From: Antechinus flavipes
Taxonomy: Eukaryota
Direction: 5' to 3'
Length of the DNA stretch: 64,000 bases
Assembly (NCBI RefSeq): GCF_016432865.1
Contig: NC_067399.1
Location: 20,336,001 to 20,400,000 of the forward strand
In this document: piece by piece, positions 1-13,129 of the stretch
Layout of the letters: the number at the start of each line of letters is the position of its first letter
Numbering within the stretch: the stretch's first letter is position 1
Position numbers and translations under genes: made by a program
The notes under the pieces: generated by a model
Databases searched by the model: none
Told to the model about the DNA's origin: nothing
What the model saw: only the letters and a program-made list of their open reading frames with translations

Positions 1-949
1 TGTTCTTTGTGGCCCTAGCTGCTGACATGGTAGAAACTGGGCTTACACACAGAAGGAAAACTCAGAGTTGACGGACGTTCCTTTAGGTTTGGGCTGCACA
101 TGTACATTTGAGTTCCTGACACTGGTCTTTATCCCTCAACTCTTGAGGACCATGGGTTGGTCTTGGGAATAAATGAATGAAAAAGTGCTCATTAAGCATT
201 CATTATATACAAAGCATTGTGCTTAGTCGACACTGACCAACAAAAAAGCTAGAAAGCCCCTCCTTTCAAGGAGTTCCCATTCTGGAGGGAGAAGACTCCA
301 CAGAAAGGTCATCTTATCATCTGGAAACTTCTCAGGGTCAATGAGGTGCAGAAACAAAAAGGATGGCCAAGATTCTCCTTTCATGTCCTTTCTACTGAAA
401 AAATCACCACAATTTCTGCTGTTGACCCCTAGGATGTCTAAGTCAAGTACTTTGGTGACAAGGACCTTCATACATCTTGATCACTTTTTCAATATTATTG
501 GTATATTCTAAGAGAGGGATTAACTGACCTGGAATAGGTTCCTGGGAGTGCGTACACAAGGATGATAAGAAGGACCCAAAAAACCTAGGAACAGGTGAGC
601 AAAATGAAAATATTTAGTTGGGAGCGAAGACAGCTGCTTCCTCTGGTATGAGTTTCCTCAATTGATCCTCTAGTTAATGACACAAGCATTAAGAAATGTC
701 ATTTACTATCCAAGCTCTCAACACTTTAATGTGGCAAAGGAGAATTTGTTTATTGAAAACTAAAATCTTGAAATAACTTACCTGCAGATAAATTTGGGGT
801 CAACTAACAGACCCAAGGCAGGAAAATTAGAGGGAAGATGGAAAAACAGTTTGAAGAACATGGCATTTTATCTAGAACGTGAAGAAAGCCAGGAAAGCCT
901 AGAGAGGGAAGGAAGAGGGAGAGACTTCCAGACAAGAACAATCAAAGAA

Positions 950-1660
950 AATGCGTAGAGTTGGAATCATCATTCTTGTCTTCTGCCATCTTTCTGAATA
1001 CCCCTTCCATCACCCAAGTGTAGTGCTTGGAGGCACATCCCAATTCCCAGGGCAAATTTCCTTAAGAAGGATCCCCACGGTTCAAGGTGTTCTGTGGCTG
1101 TAACTCTAAGAAAAGCATAATTATTGAGCCCTGGCACAATTATTGGTAAAGCAAAGACATTTCATTAGAGAACACAGATAAAAAGTGGGGGGTAATGAAC
1201 CCACTTTAAGTCCTAAGTCTGGGTAAATTTCTCCCTCAAATGTACACAGTATCTTATCAACAGGAACATAATACAGAAATCATTTATAAAGGGGAAGAGA
1301 TTCTAGTTATATTGAAAGATCAACTACTGCGCCCTTCTCTAGATACTGGACTGGGTTCAGGCTAAGCAAGTGGAATACATGTCTTCAGGATAGCCCTACA
1401 GGGAGTAATATCCTTGTGACCCTGGGAATTGGTGAAACTGGAATAAAAATTAATGAATAACCAGTTTCCTGGAGCACAAGGCCAAGGAAATCCCTTAGTG
1501 ATATCATCATGCTTTTCCCGGCAGGTTTATTCCCCATTAGCCTTTGCCACACATTGCTCCACGAGTATTAGTTTCTATCAGATGCTTCCTTGATTGATAT
1601 GGACTGCCACCATTCTTCCTGGCACATGGAAATCCTTTGCTTCTCACGTCCAACTTTGAC
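950..1660 (+). repeat. Upstream block paralogous to 11780-12500 (part of the REG-A segmental duplication)
   Basis: Shares strings such as gccatctttct...tcacccaagtgtagtgcttgga..cac.ccc.a.tcc.agggcaaat and atcagatgcttc with 11780-12500; boundaries approximate. Confidence 0.75.
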
Positions 1661-1922
1661 TGAAGTTCCTGGTTCTGGTACCATTGTTTTCTCATGAGAA
1701 CATTAGGCTCTGCCATGCTTTGAGTTTAAAAAAAAAAAAAGAGAGACTATTTTAAAAAATAATTTCTTTTATCATCCCTGGCTGAGGGATGGGGAGGAAA
1801 AAAGATACCTCATTTTTTGTTTTTCCTTTTTTGTTGTTGCTGGTTTTTTTCCTAAATACCAAGCATTCATTAAGTAGCTCTTGGGTTCAAGGCTATTGGA
1901 TGAGACTGACTTGGTGAGATAG

Positions 1923-1959
<37 letters not shown>
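1923..1959. repeat. (GATA)n microsatellite abutting an assembly gap
   Basis: Direct tandem gata units. Confidence 0.95.
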
Positions 1960-1977
1960 CAAAGAAAGTGAGACAGA

Positions 1978-2452
1978 NNNNNNNNNNNNNNNNNNNNNNN
2001 NNNNNNNNNNNNNNNNNNNNNNNNNNNNNNNNNNNNNNNNNNNNNNNNNNNNNNNNNNNNNNNNNNNNNNNNNNNNNNNNNNNNNNNNNNNNNNNNNNNN
2101 NNNNNNNNNNNNNNNNNNNNNNNNNNNNNNNNNNNNNNNNNNNNNNNNNNNNNNNNNNNNNNNNNNNNNNNNNNNNNNNNNNNNNNNNNNNNNNNNNNNN
2201 NNNNNNNNNNNNNNNNNNNNNNNNNNNNNNNNNNNNNNNNNNNNNNNNNNNNNNNNNNNNNNNNNNNNNNNNNNNNNNNNNNNNNNNNNNNNNNNNNNNN
2301 NNNNNNNNNNNNNNNNNNNNNNNNNNNNNNNNNNNNNNNNNNNNNNNNNNNNNNNNNNNNNNNNNNNNNNNNNNNNNNNNNNNNNNNNNNNNNNNNNNNN
2401 NNNNNNNNNNNNNNNNNNNNNNNNNNNNNNNNNNNNNNNNNNNNNNNNNNNN
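1978..2452. other. Assembly gap (475 N)
   Basis: Run of n; ORFs spanning it are artefacts. Confidence 1.
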
Positions 2453-3715
2453 TCCCCATTCAGTGTCATTCCTTCCACTATGTATTTGCTAAGTCCCTGG
2501 TTGAAAATAGGCACTACTGAATTAGAGCATGGGACTTTTTCTTCCCCTTCTCTTTTGTCTCCTTCCATTCCTCCTAGTTCATGGAGTGCTAGATTCAAAA
2601 CCCAGAGCTTACCATCGTGGTGAACAGAAAAGAAGATCTTTGGCCCATTCTAGCCCATCATATGCCTACTCAGCCTTTCACACATAAAAAAATAAATTGC
2701 ACTCTGAAAAATTCTCTCTGCCTTAAACTATCAATCATAGAATTGACAAGACAAAAGAAGGAATTATGGTTTAACCACTTCAGAGCCAGGAACAGAGTCT
2801 CCTAGGATCTGAATAGAGTCTTTCTACACCTTTTCCCTGTCTCCCATTCCCTCTTAACCCCCAGATTCTTCTTCCAATTCTTCAGCCCAACACCGCTTTG
2901 TTATATTCTCTTCTATTCAAACAAATTATTTATATTTGCCTTTTAAAGCAAGCTGATCTCTGCCCAGTACACATCAAAATGTCTACCCATAATTTTCACA
3001 AAATTGGCAATAAATAGAAATCTCTTCTTTTACTGAAAATGTTTCTTTCTTCTGCATCATCAGCTTAGTATAAGAAGTGCTTAAGGGAACAAAATGACCC
3101 CATAATGGGGGCTGGCTTCCCACATCTCTGAAGGCCTGGGTGCCATAGTTACTGAAGCTTCCCTCAGTCCTGCACAAGCTCCACAAAACCTTTCTTAGTT
3201 TCCCATGAAATGAAAGAATTGGCAAAGGCCAAAAGAATTCAAACGAGCAGGCCCTCTGCCTCTGGCCCTTTGCCTAAACCCTTTCTTTAGAGTCCATTTC
3301 TTTTTAAGTGAATCTTACAACAAGTCTCTGAGAAGCTGACCTTTCATCTTCAGGGAGAAGGGAATTAAGAGTGGGGTGATACTAAAGGGGAAAGGAGAGA
3401 ATTTGGGTGCCCTTTGCAAGGATCAGGACCAGATTTCTAGAAAGGGGGGACTGTAACAAGCCTCAGAAATCCTGCCAAGGGCTGAGCTCTGGTTTCAGAG
3501 GCACTAGCACAGGGGGAGAAGTGGGGACCTGCTTCCTCTTCTCCATCTAGAACTCATCTGGGAGCTACAAAGTGGTCAGTCAGTCCTGTAGCTCTATAAA
3601 AGTGACTGAACAGCTACTGGGTGGCAAAATACAAAAAGGTGCAAAGGATAATATCTGCCCTTTGGGACCCTGCACTACTCTGTTTTTGCAAACAACATGT
3701 AAAAAACAAGCTCTA

Positions 3716-4023
3716 CATTTCTACTCTTTCTGTTATTGTTTGCTGGCATTTTTGTTTTTCTTCCCAGGTTTTTTTTACCTTCTTTCTAAATCTGATTTGT
3801 CTTGTGCAGCAAGATAACTGTATAAATATGTATGCATATATTGTATTTAACATATACTTTAACATATTTAGCATGTATGGGACTGCCTGCCATTTAGGGG
3901 AGGGGGTGGAGGGAAGGAGGGGAAAGTTGGAACAGAAGGTTTTGCAAGGGTCAATGTTGAAAAATTACCTATGCATATGTTCTGTAAAAAAAAAAAACTA
4001 TAATAAAAATAAATAATAAAAAT
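3716..4023 (+). mobile_element. 5'-truncated young marsupial L1 3' end with TSD
   Basis: G-rich ggggagggggtggagggaagg tract, L1 3'UTR strings and an A-rich tail; flanked by caagctcta at 3707-3715 and 4024-4032. Confidence 0.85.
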
Positions 4024-4071
4024 CAAGCTCTATACAAAGATGAATACTAAGCAATTAAGAGAAAACCTCTT

Positions 4072-5560
4072 AGACCAAGATGGTGGAATAGAGGTAGGGT
4101 CTCCCCTGAGCTCTCCCCCAAACCTCTCCAAATATCTTTATGGAATGATGGAATAAATTCTAGAATACCAGAACCCAACAAGAGGTGGACTGAAAAGTTT
4201 TCCAGCCCAAGACAAATGATAATGTTGGCAGAAAAGGGCACTGTTGCACCAAGGTGGGAGCACAGTCCAGTGCACAGGCTATACCAGTATAGAACGGACA
4301 CCAGCAAACTAGGAGCAAGGCTTGGGAGACTCTAAATCATCATCAGCTTTTACTTCTAGATACCTCAGCCCACAGATTGTAAGGGGTCAAACATCTAGTC
4401 AGATTACAGGAGTCTTCTTGCTTGTGCAGGACTCTGGTGCTTTGCCCACATGCAGATCTGGGCCACTTTGGAAGAACCAAACATTTATAGCTCATTAGAA
4501 ATATTTCTGGAAACAGCTGCACAAAAAACCCTGAAGTTCAAGATCAAGCTCCTTCCATCCTGGAAGCAGAGACCCACTATGACAAAGAGTTAAAAGTCAA
4601 GAAGTAAACTGGAAAAAATGGACAACAGAAAAAAAAAAAGTCTGACCATAATAATGTAGTAGGTTACTATGGTGACAAGGAAGATCAAAATACACACTCA
4701 GAAAAAGAAAAAGAAGTTAAAACTTTTGCATCAAAAGTCTCCAAGAAAAATCCAAATTGGTCTCGACCCATGGAAAAGCTCAAAAAAACCTATATCCAAA
4801 AGGCTATAAAACCATGTATATACCACTTCTAGGGATGTATCATAAAAGTTTTTTTTTTAAAAAGGAAATTGACCTATGTGTACAAAAATATTAATGAGAG
4901 TTCTTTTGTGATAACAAAGAATTGAAAATTGAGGGGATGCCCATCCATTGGGGAATGGCTGAACAAACTGTGTCATATGATTATGATGGATTGCGCTATA
5001 AGAAATGATGAGCTCTAAAAAAAAGCAAAGACGTGATGAGCTCTAAAATGCTCTTGGAAAAACCTGGAAAGATTTCCATGAGTTGATGCAAAGTGAAAAT
5101 GTACCATGTACATAGTAACCATGATCTTGTAAGATCATCTGTGAATGACTTGGTTATTCTCAGCAATATAATGATTCATGACAACTCATGGCAGACTTAA
5201 GATGAAAATGCTATCTACTCCCAGATAAGAACTGATGATGTCTGAATACAGACTGAACGATATTATTTTTTAACTTTACTTTTGTTCAGGTTTTTTTATT
5301 GTGTATATTTTCTTTTGCAACATGACTATTATATGTTACATATATAATTATATAAATATATCATTATATTATATTAAAACATTATATTATGTTTTGCAAC
5401 ATTACATATTTAGAACATATTATTTGTCTTCTCAAGGAGGTGAGATGGAGAAAGAAGAAGGAAGAGAATTTGGAACTGAAAGCTCTACAAATTCAGTGTT
5501 AAAATTGTTTTTACATGTAATTGAGGAAAAATAAAATACTAAATAAATTTAATAACAAAA
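4072..5560 (+). mobile_element. Older L1: 5'UTR and ORF1 start joined to ORF2 C-terminus and 3'UTR (internally deleted)
   Basis: ccaagatggtggaatag L1 5' terminus; degenerate ORF1 start at ~4618-4788; abrupt switch to ORF2-end strings (ggatgcccatccattggggaatggctgaacaaactgtg) and 3'UTR. Confidence 0.7.
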
Positions 5561-5579
5561 AAGAAAACTATTAAGAGAC

Positions 5580-6000
5580 ACACAGCACTAAGATTAAGAG
5601 GGCTTAGTCAAGGCTTCCTACAGAAGATGGGATATTAATTGCATTTCAAGGAAGCCAGGAAAGCCAATAGGCAGAGAGGAGGAGAAGAAAGAACATTGCA
5701 AATATGGGAGAGAAATGTCTTGAATCTGGAGATGAAATATCTTGTTCTAGGAAAGAACTAAGCCCAAGAACATGTATGTATGTTGGGAGAAAGATAAGAT
5801 GGGAGAAGGGAAGGTTATGGAAGGTTTGAAACATTTAACAGAGGGCTTTGTATTGGATCTTAGAGGTGATGGGGAAGCACTGGAGATTATTAGGGAGGGA
5901 TGTGTCATGGGAAGATGTGAACTTTGGATTTAGATTGCAGTGGGAAGAGACTAGGGGCAGGCAGACCCAGGGCAGGTCATCACAATATTTCTGGCTAAAT
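5580..6000 (-). mobile_element. L2 LINE remnant
   Basis: Purine-rich degenerate strings typical of antisense L2 3' region; recognised from memory. Confidence 0.5.
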
Positions 6001-6934
6001 CTAAGCATCTTCAAATTGGGATTGGGATTGGGAAGCCTAGCATCCAGAAAAAAGGAAGTGATGGGGTCAGGGCCCTCAGAATTTCTCCCATCCTGTCCAG
6101 GGTCTAGTGGGAGGTTCTGGAAACTATATTGTGAGAGAGATATTGGCCTTTAAAGCAGGCCAGATCCTAATATCACCTACTTTAATCATGCACTAGGCAC
6201 CCCAAGGGCTGGTGGATAGGCTCCCCAGTTGTTAATGAGAAGGAAATTGATTTTCAATTGCTAAAGTCCCACTGATGGGAAGCATTTGAAACTTCTAGTA
6301 AACATTAGTAAAGGATGTTCTAAAAGGGAGACACGTTCTAAAAGGAAAATACATGTGAAATACAGATGCTGAGGATTTTCACCAGAGTTCAGGAGATTTG
6401 GGGTTATTTTTTTTCAGTTTTCTGATGATCTTGGAAGATCTGCTGCTTGGTCCTGTCCATATTCACTTGTTTCTCACGTTTGAGAACAAAGATGTACTCG
6501 AAAAAGCTTTATGGAACTCTATTCTTTGCTGAAAATGTCAATGTAACCCCAAATCAACACCAAAAATGTGCTGGTGATACCGAGCCATTTCCAAGAGCCT
6601 GAAAAAAATCTTCATTTTTTTGTTCAGGAAATTCCAGTAATTAATAGGAAGATAGAGGGTTCAGTCAAGGATCCATTGACTGGAATTCTCCTTCTCCAAG
6701 GCCAAGGTCTCTGACGCTAAACTTTTCCCAGATTTCAGTTTTCTCGATCCAAGCCCTGCAGGAACCTCACTCATTCCTGTGTGTGTTCTCTCTTCCTCCA
6801 ATCTCCAGGCTTTGGGAACATGGCACCTGGCAAGCTTCTGGGCAGCAACCAGTCATGTGTTTCTACCTCATATTATGGGAAGAACAAAGGTTCCTCTTTG
6901 CTCCTGACCCCAAACTGAGGAAGACCTCGCCCTC

Positions 6935-6943
6935 TTCCAGGAA
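6935..6943. promoter_or_regulatory. GAS/STAT palindrome TTCCAGGAA upstream of REG-A
   Basis: Exact TTCCNGGAA match ~65 bp upstream of the TATA box. Confidence 0.5.
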
Positions 6944-7007
6944 GCCCCTTCCCCTTCCCAGCCGGCCCTTCATCCCCAGCCCTGCCCCCCATAATGGGCC
7001 CTCTCCC

Positions 7008-7056
7008 TATAAAGGTTCCGTCCTCTTCTGCTCCGACACAGGATTCCTTCAGCCTG
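7008..7056 (+). promoter_or_regulatory. TATA box and non-coding exon 1 of REG-A
   Basis: TATAAA at 7008-7013; donor cctg|gtaagt at 7056/7057; same layout as REG-B and as mammalian REG genes (non-coding exon 1). Confidence 0.75.
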
Positions 7057-7454
7057 GTAAGTGAGGGAGAGGAGGTCTGGGAGACTGGGTCCCTACAGGC
7101 TCCGGAAGCCATTCCCTTCCCAGATGGCAGCCGCTCCAGGAGGCCGTTACCTTGGGGGAAAGTCTAGTAAATGGTCATTTCTAGATGACTCTAAAAGAAG
7201 GGTCTCTGCTCACTGGGCCGACCCTCCAGTGGTTCCCAGATTCTGTCCTGCTCCTGGAATCTGCAAGTTCCCTGAGGCCCCAGGAAGGAGAGAAAAAGAA
7301 GACAAAAGTAGGGAATTCAGTCCCAGCCTGGGTCCAGAGAACAGGAGCAGCACTATGAATCTATTGAGGAATAGGCTACCATCTTTGTCCCCTTCTCCCC
7401 ATGGTCCTTGGGCGGGAGATCAGGGTTTCTCTTGTCTCCTCCCCAGAATCAGAG

Positions 7455-9620
7455 ATGATGCTCTCTGCCACGATGTCCCCCAGCTTTTCAGGGCTGCTCC
7501 TCGCCTGCCTGCTGCTCCCCTGCCTGACACAAGGTGGGTCCCTCAGGCCTCCCTTTGACTGCCCACCTAGAACAGGGCCTAGAACAGGGGCTTGGACTTA
7601 GAAAAAGGGAAAGGGAAGGGGATGGGATGGAAGGAGGGTGCACAGTGAGACAGGGAAGAAGCAGTTGGGGGATTGTAGGGTTCAAAGCCTGATGTCCAGG
7701 GAACAGAAGCCCCAGCTGACCTCACCTGTAACTGGTCTCCTCCCTCCCCAGGCCATCAGGAGGCCCCTGAACCCCCCTCTGCCAGGAGCTCCTGCCCCCA
7801 GGGCTTTGGCTTCCATGGCTCCCACTGCTATGGAATATTGGGTCCTGAGACCTGGAACACTGCCGAGGTGGGTTGGAGAGAGGGTGCTGGGTCTATGTCC
7901 CTGTCTCCATATTCTTTGGGGCCAGCAATGTGGTCACAATGAGTCCTTAGTCCCTCATCTCTCACCCTGATCTTCCCCTGTCAGGGAACTCCAGAACTGG
8001 GGTCTCTTATTTTCTGTGTCCCTTAGAACTCAGCTTCCCACAATGGTGATCTTGTCATCCCATATTCAAATTATAACAGACCTCTCCCCTTGGGCTTTTA
8101 ACCTCTTCTCTTTTCCCCTGTTGACTTCTGTCCCCTGAGGCTCCCAGGAGCCTTCTCCTGCCTCCTTCGCTGCAGACCCCACACATTTACCCAGCCCCGC
8201 TCCCTCCTTCCACAGCTGCTGTGCCAGGGCTACCCCTCGGGCCACCTGGGCTCCCTGCTCAATGAGGCTGAGGCCACCTTCGTGGCCACCATGATCAAGG
8301 AGAACAAGGTTAAGGACCAAGTCTGGATCGGTCTGCACGACCCCAACAAGGTATGACCGAGGGCCCGTCCCTGTCCGAGTCCTGGAGAGAAGGAGAACAA
8401 CAGTGTGTGTGGAGCTGATGGGGAGGTGGTTCCTACCAATCTTGGTGGTTCAATTCCCTGAGAAAAGCACTAGAATTAGGGAAATAAATGAGCAGTACAG
8501 GGGGCAGGAGGACTCGTAGGATGAGGGAGAGAGTTCTGGACTGTGTCTAGTTTCAGAAGGTTTCTGCACCTCCACTAGCAGAATTTTTTTCTCCCCAATT
8601 TCATTCCAGTATCACTACCCATTCTTTTTCATTCAATGAGCAGGGTTTTTGTTCCCATATCTGTTAATTCTTAGCATCCCCAGGATGGGACTTTCCTATT
8701 ACCATCCTCATGGAGAAGAGTCACAATCAGGAAATCTTTCATCTGGGAAACAGTCCAAGGCAACCCAGGACCTAGAACTCCCCTAGAGGTTCAAGGCTCT
8801 CAGGGCAGGGGATGGTAGAGAAGGTGGGATAGATAGTAGACTCCACCTGGATCTCAGAAAATGGGATGAAGGTAGAAGCAAACTGGTGCTGAATAATGCC
8901 AGAAACAGCAGCCAGGATCACAGCAGCAGGAAAGATTTAGAAAACAGAAGCAGCCTGTTGGGAGATCTGGGCTAAATTAAGGTGCATGTGCAGTTCATCT
9001 GTTTATTAGGGGGTTAAAAGAGGTAGGTGGTTGGGGAGATGTCTCACCATTCCCTAACCGCCCCCTTCCCGATCCTCCCCCCCAGAATCGCAGATGGAAA
9101 TGGAGCAGCAACGCCCTATACCTCTACAAGGCCTGGGGGAAGGGCTTCCCAGCGAAGACTGATCCTAACTACTGTGTGAGCCTGACTCCTGAGTCTGGTG
9201 AGCTCCAACCCTTTCCCTCTGCCACCTGCACAGGAGCATCCTCTTCTCTTTGTGTTGTGTGGAAGCCTGGGGGAATGGGGCACCTCCTTTCTAGAATATG
9301 AGTGATTCTCTTGTCTATTATTTCCTTTCTCCCACCTCTCTTGTCTTCTTTCTTTGCCCTTTCCCAACCCTTTCATTTTTTTCTGTTCTCCCTTTTTACT
9401 TCTCTTCCTTTCTCTTCATTCTCCTTTGTTTTCAGCTCCTCATGGATAAACTTCAATGAGTAGAATATCTGGTACCAGGAAGTTTCAGTCACAGACTAGG
9501 GACCTAGCATCCTAACCCATCCCTCCATCTAACTTACACCATTTCTTTACAGAATTCCAGAACTGGAGAGATGAATCTTGTCAGAATGAGCACCTCTACT
9601 TGTGCAAGTTCAAAGCCTAG
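7455..9620 (+). CDS. REG/lithostathine-like (REG1-type) secreted C-type lectin A, 169 aa
   Basis: Coding exons 7455-7533, 7752-7867, 8216-8350, 9086-9197, 9553-9620; all GT-AG with consistent phases; 510 nt. Protein: MMLSATMSPSFSGLLLACLLLPCLTQGHQEAPEPPSARSSCPQGFGFHGSHCYGILGPETWNTAELLCQGYPSGHLGSLLNEAEATFVATMIKENKVKDQVWIGLHDPNKNRRWKWSSNALYLYKAWGKGFPAKTDPNYCVSLTPESEFQNWRDESCQNEHLYLCKFKA. Signal peptide, 6 canonical Cys, and WIGLHDPxKNRRW as in REG1; lacks the REG3 EPN insertion. Confidence 0.93.
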
Positions 9621-10970
9621 AGGAGAAAGCAAAAGAAGAAGCTGGAATTCAGCTGCTTGGAAACAAGCACAGCCAAGGAGAACTATGGCCATAATGCCTC
9701 TGTCCTTCCAGAGCATCTTCTTTTCTTCCTCCTTCCTCACACCAGCCCCTCTCCTCTTATTATCTGCCATCTGTCTCCACTTCTCCTTTTCCATTTCTTC
9801 TTTTCCTCTTACACTGAATTCATTGCTAACTTCCCCAGGGCCATTTATGCCATTTACCACCATTAATTCAAAGTTAATACATAACCTGAATATAAATGGT
9901 CACAATGTTTTTAAAAAGTAGAAGAGATCAAGTTTAAGTTCTCACATATACTGTGAGAGTTCTTAATTAAAGAATCAGGAGGATCTCCAAATGAAAAATT
10001 TGGATCACATTGAAATTGAAAAATTAAGCTTGACATTGATATATGAAATTCTGCTTTTTCCTGTATTTTTGGGAAGGAGGAGACAGTTCTCTCCTTTGTG
10101 GACTCCTTCTCATAGCCATTGACTTAGGGAGGATTCTCCTTCAGGTTCCTTCCTATTGGGTTATGTTTGTGAATGTTATGTCTTACAGACTCCTCTAATG
10201 ATTTTGTAACTTTGAATAAACTTCCTGATCTGAGCCTCTGAAATTTTTTGATGAACTTCCAGTTTTTAATGTGGTGGTTTTTCATGGTTTACAAATTCTT
10301 TCCTCATGTCAGATTTATGAAAAGCTTAGAGAAGAGGAAACTGAAACTCAGAGAAATTACAAAGGTTACAGAGTTAGAAATGTATCAGCCCATATCTTTG
10401 GATTTCACATTTGGTTCCCAAATCTTTCCCTCATAATTTTGTTTCATCCTTATTTTAATTCAGCTAAGAATTTCTGGTAGGTCAGGTAGGAATTGCCATT
10501 TTTTGTTGAACTTTGTCTTCTCTCCATGTGTGAGAAATGCTATTGAAAATTAGTTCATCAGCTTATTGATCGACCAATCAACGCATATATGATTTTTCAG
10601 CTTTTCCTATGTCCCAGACACTCTAAGGATGCAAAGAAAAACCAAAAATAGGTCCTTGATCTCAAAGAATATGGTGCTCACATTCTAAAGGGGGAGAGAG
10701 CATACACAAGAATAATACAGAAGAGATAAAAGATCATTTCAGAGGGGGATTTATTGAGTTAGTCCCAACTGAGCTAGAGGCATGAAGTCTCCCTCATTAG
10801 ATAGTCAAAGGAAGAGCATCATCTGAGCCAGGAACAGAAACAAAGAGAGTAGCAAAAGCCCTCTTCTGATGCAGAATCCTCTCTGATTACTAATTCTCAT
10901 AATGCTCCTAGAAAAAAGAGCCAGTCCCTCCCCTGTTGCATCTCTAAATCTCGGTCTCTATAAATCCCTA

Positions 10971-11210
10971 TGGGGCAGCAGCTGAGTGGTTCAGTGGATA
11001 GAACACTGGAACCGAAAACTGAAAATTCATCTTCCTGAGTTCAAATGTGGCCTCAGACGATTCCTAATTGTGTGACCTTGAGCACATCACATAACTATTT
11101 ACTTCAGTTCCTCATCTGTAAAATAACTTGGAGAAAGAAAAAAACAAACCAATCTAATATCTTTGCTAAGAAAACCCCAAATTGGATCTCTAAATGTTGG
11201 ACAGGATTTG
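10971..11210 (+). mobile_element. Marsupial CORE-SINE (MAR1/WALLSI-like)
   Basis: tRNA-like head ggggcagc..gtggttcagtggatag, CORE cttcagttcctcatctgtaaaat, and RTE-type tail ctttgctaagaaaacccc. Confidence 0.75.
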
Positions 11211-11229
11211 AAGATGTCAATGAATTTTA

Positions 11230-11620
11230 TATCTAATAACTTTGAACAAAGGATCACACTTGTTTCTTGAAGGTTAGGAGTTTGGGGGACTGAATTATGT
11301 ATAAAGAGGTGAGGAACTGCTTATTGGGAAAAGGGCAATTTCTCAAAAAATGACATATAATATTGGGGAAAAGGTATAAGAAGTAATTGAGTAATTAATG
11401 AGAAAGGTTTCAAATTTAGTAATTAACAAATAAGAGTACCAATGGATCACACAGAACTAAGGATAATGAAACTAAATATGGCAGTGAATCAGGGAATGCT
11501 CTGTTTAAGCCACTTATAAGGAGGGCAATGCCCTAGAGTGCCTTGCTAGACCATCGTACTTGGACACTTATAGTCAACGTTCTTGGGCTTCTCAATAAAA
11601 GTACATAAGTCAATGGAGGA
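11230..11620 (+). mobile_element. Possible solo LTR remnant
   Basis: Non-L1/SINE sequence with ttataag and aataaaag signals in LTR-like order; no family match. Confidence 0.3.
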
Positions 11621-11779
11621 GCCATCCTCGTGTGTTGAAGTATCATGCATGCTTTGAGACTTTACTGGAAGGGTTCCTGTTCAAAATGGGAGAAAATGTT
11701 GATATTAACACACAAGTAAGATCCCTGGGAACTTGCAGTGGCCGTGTCCCTCTTCCATCTCCTATGCCAGGACATGAAG

Positions 11780-12500
11780 ATGAGCAGGGGAACAATTTCA
11801 GGCCATGTAGCAGATACCTTGGGCCATCAACAGAGCCTTCCGCCATCTTTCTAACAATTCTATCACCCAAGTGTAGTGCTTGGAAGCACACCCCAACTCC
11901 TAGGGCAAATTGCCTAAAGAAGTTTCTACCTGATTTGAGGTGTTCTATGGGTATTCGTCTACTAAAACTGTCTTATGACTGCCCAACTAATTAGTTTAAA
12001 ACAAAGGCATTTCAGGAGAAGACATGATAAGAAAAGGAGCAATAAAATCTTTTAGTCAGAAAAATGGGGATAATTCTGCTCAAAATATATATAGCATCAT
12101 TGGGAACAATGAAATGTAGGGATCATTTAAAGAAGGAAGAAACAGGTCTGATGTTTAGGAACTCCTGGACTTCTCTAAATGTTGGAGATGAAGTCAGCAT
12201 CAGCAAGTAAAGTACATGCTTTGAGGGCAACCCCAAAGACAATGGCAGCCCAGTATCCACAGGAATTCATATAATTAGAATACATAAATATTTTTTTTGG
12301 GGGGGTAACAAGCCTCCAATGGCACAGAGCCTCAGAAATCCTTTGATGCCATTGCTATTCCCACCAGATTTGTTCCCCATTGATCTCTCTGATAGACATC
12401 ACTTCAGCAAACATGGAGTCTTCATCAGATGCTTCTTTAATTGACTTGGCCAGATGCCACTTGTCCTAGCGTGTGGATTTGGAGATCCTCTCTGTTTCTC
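11780..12500 (+). repeat. Paralogous copy of the 950-1660 upstream block
   Basis: Shared strings with 950-1660; lies upstream of the REG-A-like pseudogene. Confidence 0.75.
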
Positions 12501-12505
12501 ATTTC

Positions 12506-13075
12506 TGGTATAGTATATGAGTGTAATGGAATATTATTGTTCTGTAAGAAATGAGCAGCAGGATGATTTCAGAGAGGTCTGGAGAGATTTATATGAACTT
12601 ATGCTGAGCGAAATGAGCAGAACCAAGAGAATATTGTACACGGCAACAGCAAGATTATATGATAACCAATTGATGGACGTGGCTCTTCTCAACAATGAGG
12701 TGATTTGAGGCAATTCCAATAGATGTGATGAAAAGAGCCATCTGAACCCAGAGAGAGGACTGTGGGGACTGAGTGTGGATCACAACATAGCATTTTCACT
12801 TCCTTTGTTGTTTGCTTGCTTTTTTTTCTTTCTCATTTTTTTCCTTTTTGTTCAGATTTTTCTTGTGCAGCATGATACATGTGGAAATATGTTTAGAAGA
12901 AATGCACATATTTAATATATTGGATTACTTGTTGTCTAGGGGAGGTGATGAAGGGATGGGAGGAAGAAAAATTTGGAATGCAAGGTTTTGCAAGGGTGAA
13001 TATTGAAAACTATCTTTGCATATATTAAAAAAAATAAAAACCTGTTAAAAATAAAATATTAAAAATAGATAAAAA
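12506..13075 (+). mobile_element. L1 ORF2 C-terminus and 3'UTR
   Basis: MEYYCSVRNEQQDDFREVWRDLYELMLSEMS matches the L1 ORF2 end; followed by 3'UTR and A-rich tail. Confidence 0.9.
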
Positions 13076-13129
13076 TACACTGCCTATTACTTAGCCTCTT
13101 TTGAACAAAAAGAAAGAGAGAGGTTAATC

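Noticed and set aside
1-90. tctttgtggcc resembling the REG exon-4 SFVA codons
   Set aside because: Similarity does not extend; no WIGL motif or splice sites.
1870-2598. Long ORFs spanning N runs (also 16836-17304)
   Set aside because: Artefacts of translating assembly gaps.
9571-9921. 116-aa ORF with hydrophobic stretches overlapping REG-A exon 6
   Set aside because: An out-of-frame read of exon 6 plus a pyrimidine-rich 3'UTR.
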